This document shows, one piece after another, positions 13,800 through 28,070 of a DNA stretch of 64,000 bases. The stretch spans positions 9,124 through 73,123 of the forward strand of contig NMRA01001002.1 of NCBI GenBank assembly GCA_002633005.1, given 5' to 3'. Position 1 is the stretch's first letter; each line of letters starts with the position of its first letter. This DNA comes from Phoronis australis (lineage: Eukaryota; Animalia; Phoronida). The position numbers and the translations under genes were made by a program. The notes under the pieces are model-generated. The model was given only the letters and a program-made list of their open reading frames with translations. It was not told the DNA's origin and searched no databases.

Positions 13800-16700
13800 A
13801 CTTTCAATGATTTCTCACAAGGATTAAAAACTAAAATTGTTAGGGACGAAGTCCAAATGTACTTATCTACTTACGACATCATTCGTATCTGTGAAACATT
13901 GGCAAAACGCTCAGATCAATTTGAGCTGTCAGGCTATGACTCGTTTAATCTATGTTATAATAAGAAAAAAAGAAAAGGTAGATACTCTGGAGACGTTAGT
14001 ATTTTCATTAAACATTCAATTTCTAAACATTTCATACGCATACATTCACAGTTTTCCTTTGGTATCTGTTTGAAATATGAGAGGGAACTATTTGGCGTTG
14101 TTCAGGATGTTTGATGTTCTTTTTTATTTACCCCCTGAAGGTTCAAGTTCATATTTTAATGGCACAGGTTCACTAGAGAACAGCGGTGTATCATTGTTGC
14201 CTAGAGAGATTACCAACTTGACTGTTCGTTTCAGTGATTGCTCGTTGGCTATTGTGGGCGATCTCAATGCCAGAACAGGGAATATGGTAGACTTCATTTT
14301 AGATGATAGCCCAAGATATTTGTCATGCCAAGACTGGTATGAAGCGGATACATTTAATTTGCATAGGGATTCTAAAACTCCCATTGAGTTATGTCTCGAA
14401 CTTAGTATACATATTGTCAGCGGTCGTTTCCCCGGTGACAATAGGGGTGAGTTTACCTGTCTCTCGGGAGGTGGACGTAGTTTAGTGGATTATGTATCAT
14501 TATCTACACAACTGTTTGCCTTAGTAGAGGAGTTTTTTGTGGATGAATGGGATGAATCGGATCATCTACCAGTTATTTGTAAGTTTAGGTGTTGCAGGTC
14601 AGAGATCAACCCTCCTATGGTTCCATTCTTACACCCGCATAGCCGAATTCAGTAGGAATGCTCTAATGCACAAGCATTCTCTCATGTTTTTTTAACTGGT
14701 GCTGAGAATTGTACGGCGGCCGTGGATAGCTCGGTGGCTATTGGCAATCTAGATAATGCGGTCAGATCCATAACAGATTTGCTGGGGCAGTCGGCCGTAT
14801 CAACCATGAAAACTCGTACATCTACGAATAATAAGACTAAAGTAAATCCAAACTCTCGGACAAAGCAGCCACCCTGGTGGGATGATGAATTGGCTTCGGC
14901 CAAACGAGCAAAAATATGGTCTTTAAAACTGTTTCGTAAAGCTCTTCTATCTTTTACCTTAACGTGTACAAAGTAAAAAAGAAAACTATCCGTGATCTCT
15001 TTAAACAGAAAGAGAAAGCACATGAAGCCCGACTTATTGAAGCCATTAAACGGTCCAAAAATAACCCTAAGGAGTTCTGGCAAATAATTAAATCCAATGT
15101 TTGGACATCCCATAAGTCTCCTACAATTAGTCCGCAGAAATGGCTCGCTACTTTAAAGAGTTCCCACCATGCATTTTCTTACTTTGTCAGGTTTCAGTTG
15201 GCTAATATAAATCGAATACCATAAAATTTTGCTAAACAGGCACTTTTTATGCCAAATAGTGGCAACTTTTTTAATTTTGAAGAAAAATTACTTATTTCTA
15301 AGTTTCCTGCCAAATGATGCAATGGGTGGAAGGCGGTTGGCCGCTTGACAATCATTTGAAATGTCGGAACACTGCAGGTCAGAAGGCAATGACAATATTA
15401 GGCGAGAATTGGACAATTATTATGCAGACTGAGAGGAGAGTGGATACGGGCACTTATACTCAAGTACTTGAAGAATCACTGCAGACAATGAATTCGATTT
15501 CCCATTTAGCGAACTTTCGTCGGGTTTCAGGCTGTATGAACTAGACCCACTTGCACGAGAAATGACATATGTTTGCCACAACCAACTCTACCAAGTGGTG
15601 GTCGCTACTCACAAAATAGACACTTAATAAATACTGACAAAGGCCACAGCCAACCTGGGTTACTCGTATTCACTATTGCCGTGATGGAATGAGCACAGTC
15701 TAAACACAGTATGCATAAGCCTACTTGTAGTAGCACTCGATCTGGGTCGGGGTCCAGGGCCTGGCATCACTCGCCCTAGAATGGAAACAGTTCGTTATTT
15801 ACAAAAATTGCAAATGCACTTACTTGGTGGTGAGTCTGTAACGCCGCTTATGTGTGTGGTCGAAACACGATTCTTTGAAATATGCCGATCAAAGTGTGGC
15901 TTACGCCAAACTGAATCTCATGTTCCACACTGACACTCCACATTCTTGTGCGCCGCCCATGACAAACCGATGCCATTTTTGTGCAACTTTCACGTATTTA
16001 GGAAATTTGAACACTAAGACGTTCACAGTCAAGTTGTTGTTACCACAGTTTCCACAAACGCACCTTTTCATGTTTGAAAAAGACGGCTCCCCGCGGACTT
16101 TCTTCACAACGCCTCAGTATCGCACTGGTAAAACAACAACGGCTGAGGCGGTCTTCCACCCATTGCGTACAAACTCGATAACAGAAAAATATATTTTTAA
16201 AATTTTTAGATTGTTTCGTAGCAACAGGTGTATTAAAGGCTATTAAATCTGTTAAGATGTAATAATAAAATTCCTTTTTGAGACACAGGGTCATGGTGGC
16301 AACTCTTTAAGGATTTATTGAATCAAAACTGCTCCATTGACTAGTCCTTGAGTCAATTTGCCACGCAGGAAATGTTTGAACATGATAGTTGGTGTGAAAA
16401 GTGTAGTAACAATTTCCGTTCTGATCTTAATTCTGATTTCTTGCCTTCTGAAATATATGAGGTCATTGAACAATTGCCTATTTGCAAGGCTGGGGGTTAT
16501 GATGAAGTCATCTTTGAAATGCTGAAGTGCACGAAGGTAATGATAGTGCCAGTCTTGCATAAGTTATTTAATGCAATATTTGATTCTGGGTATTATCCCA
16601 GACATGGTGTGACGCAGAGCTTACTCCAGTACACAAACAAGGTATTATCAATGACGAAAATAACTATAGAGGAATCTCCCTGTTGTCTGCTTTGGTAAAC

Positions 16701-18082
16701 TTTTTACCAAATTTTTAAATAATCGTCGTTATTACTGGCTGAAAATAATGATAAACTTTATGAGTCTCAAACTGGGATTAGAAAAGGCTACTCTGTGATT
16801 GACCAAGTGTTTATACTTCAAGCTATGTGCCACAAGTATTTGAGTCGGCAGGGTGGGAGATTTTATTGTGCTTTTGTAGATTTCTCGAAGGCATGTGATC
16901 GAATCCCACATACTTTAATATTCTATAGATTGAAAAACATTGATGTGCATGGTAATATTTTCAACATAATCCGCTCTATGTATAGTAAGTTGCGCACTTG
17001 TGTGAAAACTCAAGATGGTCTTACAGAGTTCTTTGATTGAACTGTTGGTAGCTGCATGATCAGCCCAATATTATTTGTGTTGTATCTAAATGAATTTCTG
17101 GATCAATGGAGTATTAAAAGTAATATAAATAGCACATATCTCAGCAAACAAGTGCCAAGAGTTAACTCCCTACTGTGCGCAGACGACATGGTGTTAGGTT
17201 CCTCTACAGCCATCAACTTACAAGGTATGGTTAAATGTTTGGCAGAATTTTGAAAATCATGGGGCGTGCAAGTAAACTTGAAAAAAAGTGGTCGTTTTCA
17301 GAAATGGCGGTCCCCTAAGACGATATGAGAAATGGTTTGACAATGGAACATTGGTTGATGTGGTCTCGTGGACCAAAGCCATTAAAGCCTTATCTAGTCA
17401 AGCAAATAAAGTTGCCTCTGCAATTTGTAAATTAAAGCGAAGATGTCGTGATCTGCCCCCGTCAATAGCCGTTCACTTGTTCGATGAAATAGTTTACCCC
17501 TCTCTGTGTTACGGCGCTGAGATATGGGGCTTTAAGGAATATGAACAATTGGAAAATGTACATATCAAGTTTTGTAAAAGCATTCTAGGAGTAGGCAGTT
17601 GTTGTTCAAAGTCGGCAATTTTGGGAGAATGTGGTCGATTCCAATTGTCTACAAAATATTTTGTTTCTTCTTTAAAATACTGGTTCAAAATACTGGAGAT
17701 GCCTAGTAATCGTGGGGTAAAAGCTGCATATGATATACTTTTTCAGTCAGACCTGACCGGAAGAACTTCCTATACTTGGGCAAGTTTTGTAAGGAAACTT
17801 CTGTCTGTGTATGTTTTTTTAGATGTATAGATTAATCAGGGATTGGTAAATCAAACGTATTTCTTGACTATTTTTTCTCAACGTGTCAACGACTGTTATT
17901 TGCAAGGTTGGCAATCTGATATCGAATGTAGCGCAAAACTGCCTTACAATGTGAGGTACAAAACAAAGTACCATCTTGAGAATTATCTAGAAACAGGTGG
18001 TATCCCACGTGTTTTTATCCAGTCTCTGACTCGATTGCGATGCTTTAAGCGATTTAACTTCGTAGCCTTTATCTACATGTAA
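13800..18082 (+). pseudogene. LINE ORF2 (AP endonuclease plus reverse transcriptase), many stops and frameshifts
   Basis: ORF pieces 14077-14655, 14964, 16348, 16795, 17056 and 17288-17830 carry EN and RT motifs in the expected order. Confidence 0.9.
15157..16306 (-). mobile_element. Non-autonomous Kolobok-type DNA transposon with THAP-domain remnant
   Basis: TIR AGAGTT(C/G)CCACCATG. TTAA TSD at 15153-15156 and 16307-16310. Minus-strand MKRCVCGNCGNN..FKFPK..QKWHRFV and ATL*SAYFKESCF (THAP). Removing it rejoins the LINE frame (YFKDLLNQ). Confidence 0.85.
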
Positions 18083-19464
18083 TTGTTCTATTTTGCTGTA
18101 TGTTACCAAGGATGCCCCAAAATAAACCTGTTTTGATTTGAAAAGTGGCTTAGTAACGTTTCAGCCTCGGCCCTGTGTTCCCCTCTCCCGAGATCCTCCA
18201 CTCCTTAATTTAATTTCTATAAGGGTAATATGTTGGTGCTTCCTACGTATGCTTAGCGAAATCGCAACAAAAAACCCTTGACTTTTAAAGACAAAATGCA
18301 TTATATCTGCCGCATGTTAGTGCTCGTGTATTACAAGTGGGGTGCTTAATCTCATATTTCCTTGATGCCCATCGAAAATGAAGTAAAGTGATTTACATGT
18401 ATTAAAGGCTGCAGACAAATTCAGTTTGTTCCAGGCCAAATGACTAGAAAATGTTACTTTACACATGTAGACAAAAAGTATTCCGCAGTGCAGGCCATGT
18501 CACAGTGAACCTGGTTTACAACAGTTACTCAGTTATAGAAGTTCCAGGGCACACAAGGTGGTATGGTTATTGAAAATGTAAGTGAAACATATTGTGAGGT
18601 TTGCTGCAGTGTGGTTTGGCTATATTTTTTTAAGTACAGCAATTTTCAAAATCAATTGGACAACTTCAAAATTCAACAAAGTTTCGACATACAAACTGCG
18701 ACTATCAATTTCTTTTTGACAAGAATCCATTTTACATGCAAATCCCTCAGTCACGACAAAACCGCAACGAGTGTTTCTCCTTGCACTCTGTCGAAATCGT
18801 GGCTGCATACCATGCAATTCTGTTTCAAATTAAAAAAGCTTCTGGGTGCAATAACAACCAAGAATAAATTCTGACCGCCAAATAACTCTGGCAAGTGGGC
18901 AAAGATCTGTCAAAGTCTTTCCATTTCATTTTGAAAATTACTGTATCCTTGATAAAACAAGGCTCTCTTAAAAACAACAAAATTCCTTTTTGTTGCTACT
19001 GAGTGTTCATGCATTCCTCAGACATTGCAAAAGCAAGAAGTTCATGCAAATCCATTAGTCTCTTGTAATACAGGCTATGTATACTTCACACATCTTGCAA
19101 CTTCAGTATCTGCTTTTCTATTAAAAATTTTGCAATCAAGTTGCTCTCAAATAACTTACCCATAGACCATAAAACGATCATTGAACTTAGAATACAAGCT
19201 GAACTTGACCTGAAAGGTTGCAACTTGCATAACTTAGCTAGTACAGTGTGACAGAAAATATACTTTTACTTTGACATTACACCTACAGTAACATGCCAAA
19301 TAATTATAAGTGCCCTGCAAGAGGTTTCGTTTCAAATGTTGTAGCGTGAAAGTCAGTCAGCTGTGATAAAACAGGAAGGATCGTAAAGACCGATGCTATT
19401 CCATCAGATTACACATTCCTGTAATGTATGAGATGTATATGAGCCAGCAACTGAACTAAAACCT

Positions 19465-20676
19465 TACAGGAGCAATGCGGAGCGTTGAGATGCTCCCACG
19501 AATGCACCACAAACCATGAGCTTCTAGAGTTGTTAATTTGTATCATGAAAATGGCCACTAGATGGCACAAAATGTCCAATCCATCTGAAAATGCAACATG
19601 CCACCGCTTCTTTAACAGATAGCTATTTACCCGATTTCATAAAAATCTGTCGAGGAATTTCACAGGAAAACAGGAAAACAAAAAAATTGAAATTGACACG
19701 AGGGGGCACAGCATCTGCCTGAAAGTTGTCTATTGTTAGCTTCACACAAATACACTTACTAAGTTTAATAAAGATCTGGCAGTTGGTTTAGGAGATACAC
19801 AATGGGTGCAAAACAAAACTACCACTATGAGGCGCCACAGTATACAAAATCGTCATCATACTGAGAACATGCTTGCCAATTTTCAAAATCACCCCTAGAC
19901 TGGCTTGGTTGATAGAGGTGGACGCCAACAGTTAGACTCACAATACTGACAGTAAAAATGGCCACTAGGTAACGCAAAGAGGATAGAGTTATCTCACTAA
20001 TAGATGCCAAACTACCCGATTTTATGAAAATCCGTTGAGGACCTTTGAAACTACACAGGTAAATGTAAAAATTAAATTGCCACTAGGGGGTGCAACGGTT
20101 GTCTGATCCATGCAAAAGTCGTCACCGTTCGTTGTCAACGTCATATGAATATACTTGTTGCATTTAGTAAATAATCTTGCAAATGATTTAGGAGAAACAG
20201 CCATGGGCACAAAAAAAACAATGCTACCACAGTATTTGAAGTCGTCGGAAAATCATCAGTCGCCCTCTTAACAGTAAGAACATCAACACCAATTTTAAAA
20301 AGCATCCTCAGAGTGGTGATAGAAGGGTGGACGCAGTAAAAATGGCCACTAGGAGGCACAAAGCACCTCGCATCTGTCACAAATGGAGGACGTCATCATC
20401 TCACTAATAGATGCCTAACTGCCAAATTTTATGAAAATTCATTGAGGACCTCCAAATATGTAGAGGTAAGCGAAAAAAATTGCCAATAGGGGGCACACCG
20501 GTAGTCAGAGAGGTCCGAAATTCGTCATTGTCCGTCGTCAGTTTGCTAGAAACACAACTGCCTAATCTCATCAAGTTCCTGAGAGGGCTTTAGTAGACAC
20601 AGCTGCAGACGCCAGATGACGAACGGCTAGACAGATGAAGGCAATATGCAACCACATATAAAGATGTGGGCTCATA
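19465..20676. repeat. Non-autonomous element (possibly Helitron-derived) with about three internal units of 390-400 bp
   Basis: Recurring aaaatggccactag, tctcactaatagatgcc and atgaaaat.c.ttgaggacc. Boundaries approximate. Confidence 0.55.
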
Positions 20677-21458
20677 TTCGAAAACGAAGCAGTGCTTTAG
20701 ATGAAAGGCTCTGAACTCACTTATACCATACCATAACAATGTTTTCAATTAAGACGTGATACGGTCAATAAACTGCACTACTTTAAACACAACAGGTACA
20801 CATCTGTAAGTACTCGGTGAGTGCTGACAGCACCTCTGACTTCCGTTGACCAAATTCAACACCAACTGTACGACAAATTTGTCTTAGGCACAACTTTAAG
20901 TTTTGAGAGCCCATTTTGTTTGAGCAGCTCACACAAATCTTTATCTCGGAACATCACAGGATGAAGCACACCCATTTCTTTCATTATATTTTCACGAACT
21001 TCTTGTTCCCATGCTTCTCTGTCATTGGCTACATCCTCCTCATCCTCATCGTCCCCTAACTGGTGTGTTTTTTCTGAACTGTGAGTTTTGAAAAAAAGTT
21101 TGCAATTTGTTTTGATGTTTGCCACTCATTTACATTAAAGTTGGCACGGACTTGATGCATGCACTGGTCAGGGTTCAATTTCTGGCCACTCTTCTCATCA
21201 TCGTTGTAGATCTTTGTCAAGAACTGTCTAACACCAGCTGTCATTGGTAATCTTTTTTTGGAGGATTTAAGTGCCCAACCCTTTTCCAGGGTGGACACAC
21301 CAACGATCTCTTTTTCTAGCCTCTGAAACGAACATTTAAAAAAACATTGAAATTTTCTACCTAACACAGTATTCATGAAAAAATTGCATGGAAGATAATT
21401 CCATCATATATCAGACATGCTTTAGTATTACGCTGTGATCATTTCTATTTAAAAAATA

Positions 21459-21518
21459 GTTTAACAGTCTAGGGATGAAAATCAGTAAAAACTGATTTTC
21501 ATCCCTAGACTGTTAAAC
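21459..21518. repeat. Perfect 28-bp inverted repeat with 4-nt loop
   Basis: gtttaacagtctagggatgaaaatcagt-aaaa-actgattttcatccctagactgttaaac. Confidence 0.95.
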
Positions 21519-23967
21519 ACAGTGCAGTGCCATTTTTGAAAAGCATCGCTTTGCTTCATATTTTGGGTTGGAACCCGTTGTTTTTTATATGACAAGTTAG
21601 TGTTGCAAATTACAAGTAATCGAGAAACACTTCTGTATTTTTATAAATTAATTTACGTCCAACACACTTTGCCAAAACAAAAAAGTTGCTCAATACTACT
21701 TTCCAAAGCAATGGCAAGTGCTCCAGTCAATGGCAAACACACTAATTTAATTTAAGAATTCCCCTGCTTTTATTTATTCTCAAACATACACCCTCTTGCT
21801 TGGTATGGGCCCAACCCTCATGCCACTTAGTTCAAACCAGAGCTGCCTTGGGAAACTTCCATCATGGGATGCAAACGAATCCTTAACCAATTCTGTAAAC
21901 TCCAACCCTGCGATACGAATCCCTAGACCTGTGCTCCTAATCTCCACTTTTGCATTGCAAAATATATTTACACAAGCACCAAATTCCATTACCATGAAGA
22001 TTTCTCATCTGAACTTCCTTTATAACATGATTCCAAGGACAGGAGTTTGGTCCAAGTGTATCGAGCATTTTTAGCTGGTATGGAGTTCAAAGGTCTGGAA
22101 CTGCAAATTTCTTTCCTTTCTGCTGGTTGAGGATTGGGTTTTAGAGACCCGCAACTGGAATTTACAGGCAAGAACATGGAACCATTTCCTCCATTGGTTC
22201 ACGGATTACATGTTAGTATATCACATGAAGCAAAATTGTAATTTGTAATTTGTGTTTGCACCAGAATATTTGTAGAGCGTTAGGGGTTTTTGTACAAATG
22301 TTCAAGACAAGTTCATGTGTGCAGAGGCACAGTCTCATTTTCGGAGTAACCCAAGCCCACGGCTTACACACAAACAAATGCAATCATCCAACAGAATACT
22401 AGGGATAGGATATTTAATTATGTGCTCAATTTTTTCATTACGGCACAAATTGTTTACCTTTTTTAACGCCAGAAATGATTGCTGCCCATTTTTCTCTGAT
22501 GCCGTCAAAAACTGTTTGGTTGTCTGCTTGCTTCTTCTCATGCCACCCTTCTTCAGTGTAGGCATCCAGCTCTGTCTTGGAGCCAAATGACAGGTGGCAA
22601 TCAGGTTCATTACACTGAAATAGTTGAGACCTTGAGGTATCTGGCCACAAAGGTCTTGGAGAATGTTATACGCAAGGTTCGTCCAGCGTTGTCAGTTTGA
22701 TGACTGGGGTGTCAGCAGGTAGCTTTACAACAGAACCTTTCCTAATTGTGTATGCGTTCCAGCACCTCACTCCTAAAAACAAGATTTATTGTAATTCAGA
22801 AACAAAGAAATGCTTTTACCTAAAGAGTAAATGACATAAGAACAACTCACTGATGACCAAGTGACACAAAGATTCACCGCCAGTACCCCGAACATAGGTT
22901 CAGGATGGGCTCAAAAATAAGGTAAAAAAGGTCGCCAATAGACAACTATTTTATCCCCTATACTACACGTATTTAAAGGCACCAGCTACTAGTATGAACA
23001 TCCTTTCTTTCATCAACTCCTAAAGTCCGCCAATCAATCTTAGTGACAATGGGTCAATATCATTTGGTAGTCATAACATTTTTAGTAACATGATGGTAAA
23101 TTAAAAAAAAAAAAACAATGAGCACTTCATACCACTGGGTAGTGATTCACAGCTTGTGGGGCATTTTTTCCATTGCAACTTACCAATTCCCCTGAAGCTT
23201 GATATAACGTGCCCTCACCAACAATCTACAACTACCACAAATAGGTGCAATCAAAAAGTAAGTTGCAGTTAAAATAACAAACTAGTTTTTTATCAATTCT
23301 TCTCCATAGAATTCCAAAGAATCATACATAAATCACTAACAGACATTCTACTCTTGATGGTTCGACAAAAAACTGTGGTGGTCGACCCTAGGGCCTGTCA
23401 CTTATTGGACATTTACCCCTAATATTTGTCCTTTTGCAAAGATTTGAGAAGCACTGCAACCAAAGTGCAAGAATAAAATTTTAACTACCAGTGTAAAGAT
23501 AATGGATTATATAACAATCAGGATATAAGATAGTGACTAACTGCGAGGAAACAGGACAAAAGCTTGCCACACTCACGTTGCACTTTGGATGCAAAAACTG
23601 TAGAATGAGTGCAGCGCCATGTTAACTCAATCTTTCTGAAGTGGGTCTCTCTTGGTTTGGCAGGAACGTTAACGTATTACAACACAACAGTCACCTAAAT
23701 TTGCTATTTTATACCACTTGGTCAATGTCATCACCAGTCTGTATGAAGGCCTCTAACTTACTCGTCTAGAGACATTAGCTCTTACCATGATTGGTTATGA
23801 CGCAAGAACAACACCAGGTTCAAGACTCGATCACAGCAGATGACCCTTCTTCACTGATAACCAAAGCCATTGTATGAAGACGAGTGAATTGCAAATCACG
23901 GCCTGTATACTGCCCTTACTGGTATGCCATACTGCATCCAGAAATCACAACATCTTACGCTCACATG

Positions 23968-24133
23968 CAGAGACAGATCCAGGGTTTTGAGTTAGGGAGA
24001 TCCAGGGCAGAGTTTTAGCCAGGATTTTGCCCATCAGACAGTCAGACATTCACATCCTGGAACTGCGCAATGGAATCTGGGAGAATTTTAGGGGGGTATG
24101 GCCCCTTGCCTCCCCTCCTCTAAATCCGCCACT
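23968..24133. mobile_element. GC-rich MITE; relatives at about 32473-32600 and 57573-57716
   Basis: Shared gatccagggttttgagttag start and ...aaatccgccact end. Confidence 0.55.
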
Positions 24134-26724
24134 AATATTGTGCTGCATGGGTAAATGGATGCACTGTGTCTGGGACTAAGAGTCTATGAGCGATCAGAAG
24201 GTATAATTTTGGCCTTGATCCAGCAGGAGTTACCAAATTTGATATGTGCCGTAAATTATAGTAGTTCTGCCTTCTGGTTAAATCAATTTTCGACAGAGGC
24301 TCAATGAGACATCAAACTAGAAGGTGAATACAGTAGGACAGTGTGCTTGCATGATAATTAAAATCAACAAAGATTGTCTCAATACTGGTGTAACGTTATA
24401 AAAAGTCATCAATGGCACAGATGTATTCAACAGGTGAGCCGACGCTGAGGCACTGGGTGGGGGCGGGGCGAATGAGCCAGAAAGATAAACACAAAATAGA
24501 AATGATTCGCCACTGGTGGAAAACTTATCACCAATGACTACGTCTATGCCAGAGACGAATCATAATTACAAAATTAGTAATGCTTTACAAGCTTTTACAT
24601 CTCTCACCTGTGCCAATGGGTAAGATCTCATTTCTAAAACTTTTTACAACACTTGCGAACTTCATGGTCACCGGTCTGCTCGACTTGGATGCAGTTATGC
24701 CTCCACCCCTTCGACCATGATGACCTGGATAACAACAGTGTTTCTTCTGCCGAAGCCCCAAGCCGAAGTCCAAGCGGTGTCGGAGACAAACTGTTCAAGC
24801 TCGTCTAGTTGCTCAAATCCTCCTCGATTCATAAACAAACAACTGCCATTCCTCACTGTCTTCAGACACTTTAATTTGTTTCATATGGCTCGCCGTATTA
24901 TTTTTGCAGCAACTAACCAGTAACAGGTTCCTTTGTTCGCCCACTGTTGAGCATTTACAGCTTGACCTTCCTGCAAACGAACAGCTGAAGCCGTCTGCTA
25001 CAGCCATTTTGATTTGTGCTAATCTCGAACCAAAAGGCTCTGAGATGAAAGCCGATATAGCTGACCCTTTCGCCCTGTGTCATGCTATTCATCAAGTGCG
25101 TTTTGGACGTTGACTTATTACATCACAGTGCAAACTACAAGCATCACGCCGAATATACCAAAATTAGCAATTTATGACCGTTTACTAGCGACGCTTCAAG
25201 GGAATTTTCGAAAATTCACTACGGCCGATCGTTTCAAAATTGGGAGCGTGGGGTAAGTTTTACCAATATTAGCAATGGATGAAATAAAAGAGCGAAGTCC
25301 ACTTCAAGCATAAATCCATATCTAGTTTTTTGGGTAAACCTCTGCGATTCCTAAAAATAAGTCTTTGAACTTGGACAAAAATCACGTTTTTCGTACACCT
25401 TACTTCACTTTCCTCACTAGAACGATGGTAAATCAACAAAGAAGGCCAAAGAAGTCGTTTAAATTTTTTTATTTGGACAAAATACAGTTATTTTTAATAG
25501 CCAATGGCTTTTTAAGGCTAATTATCCAATGTAACAGCAGATGAAGCGGAAGACATTTGCCTGTTTTTGAGGTACACTCTAGTGTCAAGTTTCTTATAAT
25601 TAACGGGAAAAAACACAGTTTTTGTGACTTTTTGAAAACCGAACCTTCCGCAAAAAAATGCAGTATAACAACCTATATGATGGTTAAATGCAACATGCAA
25701 ATTATGAGCTCCATGATACTGCATCCGCCAACATTTGCAGATTCTGCCAAAAAGCCCGTCTTAAGTGATCGTTTTTTGTCATTCTCCCACGACGTATAAA
25801 TTTGATTCTCTCATAAGAACTCCAGATAGCCTACTTATTAAATTCGTCCATCATGTTCTCAAGCGTCATAATGTATTATGCAGCTTGAAACGTCGCACCT
25901 AACAATGTTCTGTATTGTACATGATATACTTGGGGCCTATGGCCATGTGTATATAAATCATATAACTGTCCATTAGTGTTGCTCATAATCGCCACTTTCA
26001 TCATCACAGTCATCGTCGTCGTTCATTTCGCCTAGTGTTGCTCAAGTTTGTAGGTAGGCTAGCACTGAACGGTCAGGCCGCGGCCACCGGGCATTTTCTA
26101 GTGCTTACAATTGAGCGTATGTCTGTTTTACCATAATGTTTTATTTCACGTTCTTTTCGAAAATTATGAAAATTATTTTTGTTTTCAAAGCAGGGGAAGA
26201 ATTGTGATCAGATTTAAATGCAAATGGCTTATTGTACGCGTACGTGCTAACCAGTATTATTACATATAATTCAACCGATATTACAATATACGTATATTTA
26301 AATCGCCTATGAAAATCTTATTATAAAGATGTGGATTTCCGACTCTGTCCCAATTTTTGTACTTCAGGGTGACCTAAAAGGGCTGGTGGGTTACTTGTTA
26401 AATCCATGTTGTCATGTCTCTTAGGAGACATTTTTGTTAGTGCATCTGCATTGAATAAATTGATGTTTTTGATTAATTTTGGCAGATTTCACAGATTTCC
26501 GTACAACTTCCAGGCTCAGATTTAGAAATTCTAGAGGTAATTGAAAGTATTTTGTCTGCATTAAACTCACCATTCTAACACAATGAGTCCTTCGTTGATT
26601 ACCACCATTGCCACGATGGAAGCTAATTCCTAGTTTTGCAAGCATTTCACACCATCACTTGTTGATGTCAGAAGCTCAGGGTGAACATACAATACTTAAT
26701 AACTTCCTTTAATTTTATCACTAA

Positions 26725-27028
26725 TCGGCGGATTTAGGTGGGCAGGGGCTGGCGCAAGCAAAATGAAACACCATTAGCGCGACGCGTGAGGCACTGTAAC
26801 TAGTACTGGTACTGGAGAAGGGGGGTCTCAGACCCCAGATCATGGAGAGCTGTCGTTCCCGTTTCTTATTTCTTTAATTGTTTTAGTCGATAGATTTCCC
26901 GAACAGAAAATACATACTCCTGGTCCCCGCACTTCAGTTTCGGGACGCCTGTACACATACAACCGCGCTTTGCCCAATTCCCCGAGGTTACATGTAAAGC
27001 CCCCTTCTGGTCCTTGATCCGCCGCTGG
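26725..27028. mobile_element. GC-rich MITE, uninterrupted relative of 4531-8048
   Basis: ggcggatttagg...gatccgccgctg termini. The internal sequence matches both halves flanking the Academ element. Confidence 0.65.
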
Positions 27029-27339
27029 AACAGTACCACAAGACGTCACCACTAGTTTCTTCATCATTTGTATCATCATCACCAATGTCTCACGGACAAT
27101 TGTTGCTGTTCTTGTATTGTTATTAGTGCACGGCAAAGATCTACTAAAGTTTGGTCAAGTACTGGGCTAATAAACAAATTGCAGTTCAGTGTGGGAACGT
27201 CAATAGCGTAATTAGTTCACCTGTCAACTGTGCTTCTTCTGCTAGTTTTATTTTAATCGCACAGTGAACCTTTTACGTTCACACATACATTTACAATTTT
27301 AAAATAACAATAATGTCAGGTCTGTTTTCCTCCAATTAG

Positions 27340-28070
27340 CCCGTGCCTTCGATATGGTCCCACATCACCTACTTATTCACAAATTAAGATCGTTTGGAAT
27401 ATCTCGTAGTCTTTTAAGTTCATTGGAATCTCATCAACATAATCGCATCTAAAACGTGCGAATTGATGGTGTATATTCATTGACTTCATTTCCGCTTGAT
27501 GTGAATGCTGTTGTGCCCCAGGACAGTGTTCGTTGCCCATTACTTTTCCCTTCCTGACAATATCCTATGAAAAACGTATCTATTCGCTTATGACACATAT
27601 TTATTCCCCCCATTCCCTAAAGACAATCCGTAACTATGTATGAGGCATATTCCTAGATCTCAAAAGATGTCTCACTCTAGACTGCATTCTGGTCCTTACC
27701 TAACTCTAATGAATTTCGACACAACTTCACAGACGTCCATCCGTTGTGCAATTGTCTGCAAGTTAAAACTTAAATTCACTTTCTCTTGGACTGTCTAATT
27801 AATTCTCAGCAACACAAGGGTCTCCTCCAGGTCATCAAAAGTAACTGTGATGCATTCTCTACACTGAATGAATCCCACATTTTTCTAGACAAAGCCCATA
27901 TCTTCATCATTTTTTCAAGTATTTTCGGTGTTGTAACCAATCTTATCCTGGTAAATCTGTAGCATCATTTGTTAATCATTACCTGTTGTGATATTAATGT
28001 AATGTTCATCAAAATCACTTTACGCTTTTCTCTTTTTTCTTATTGTTGTATACAATGATATCAGTTTAAT
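27340..28070 (+). mobile_element. Decayed CR1-group LINE fragment
   Basis: AFDMVPHHLLIHKLRSFGI, VVPQDSV..PLLF and 3' CNC...HFLLDC. Confidence 0.7.

Larger units (their letters stand above)
12700..18141 (+). mobile_element. Near full-length degenerate LINE (RTE-X-like), interrupted by a Kolobok-type insertion
   Basis: ORF1 remnant LENRS*RDNLIFQGIPEE. APE endonuclease GDLNARTG, SLVDY, SDHLPV. RT AFVDFSKACD, SPILFVLYLN, LLCADDMVL. C-terminal FCKSILGV..LGECGR. 3' end aataaa..ttgatttg. 5' end approximate. Confidence 0.9.
20850..25010 (-). pseudogene. Intron-containing Sola3-like DNA transposase relic
   Basis: Ordered minus-strand exon remnants: N-terminal CCYPGH..SRPVT..LPIG; NHGKS*C..FIQTGDDI; GVRCWNAY..FQCNEPDC..H (C2H2-like); KGWALK..GQKLNP..QIANFFSKL. 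GT/AG-type boundaries visible. Superfamily assigned from remembered motifs. Possible terminus ...gaactc at 25822. Confidence 0.6.
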
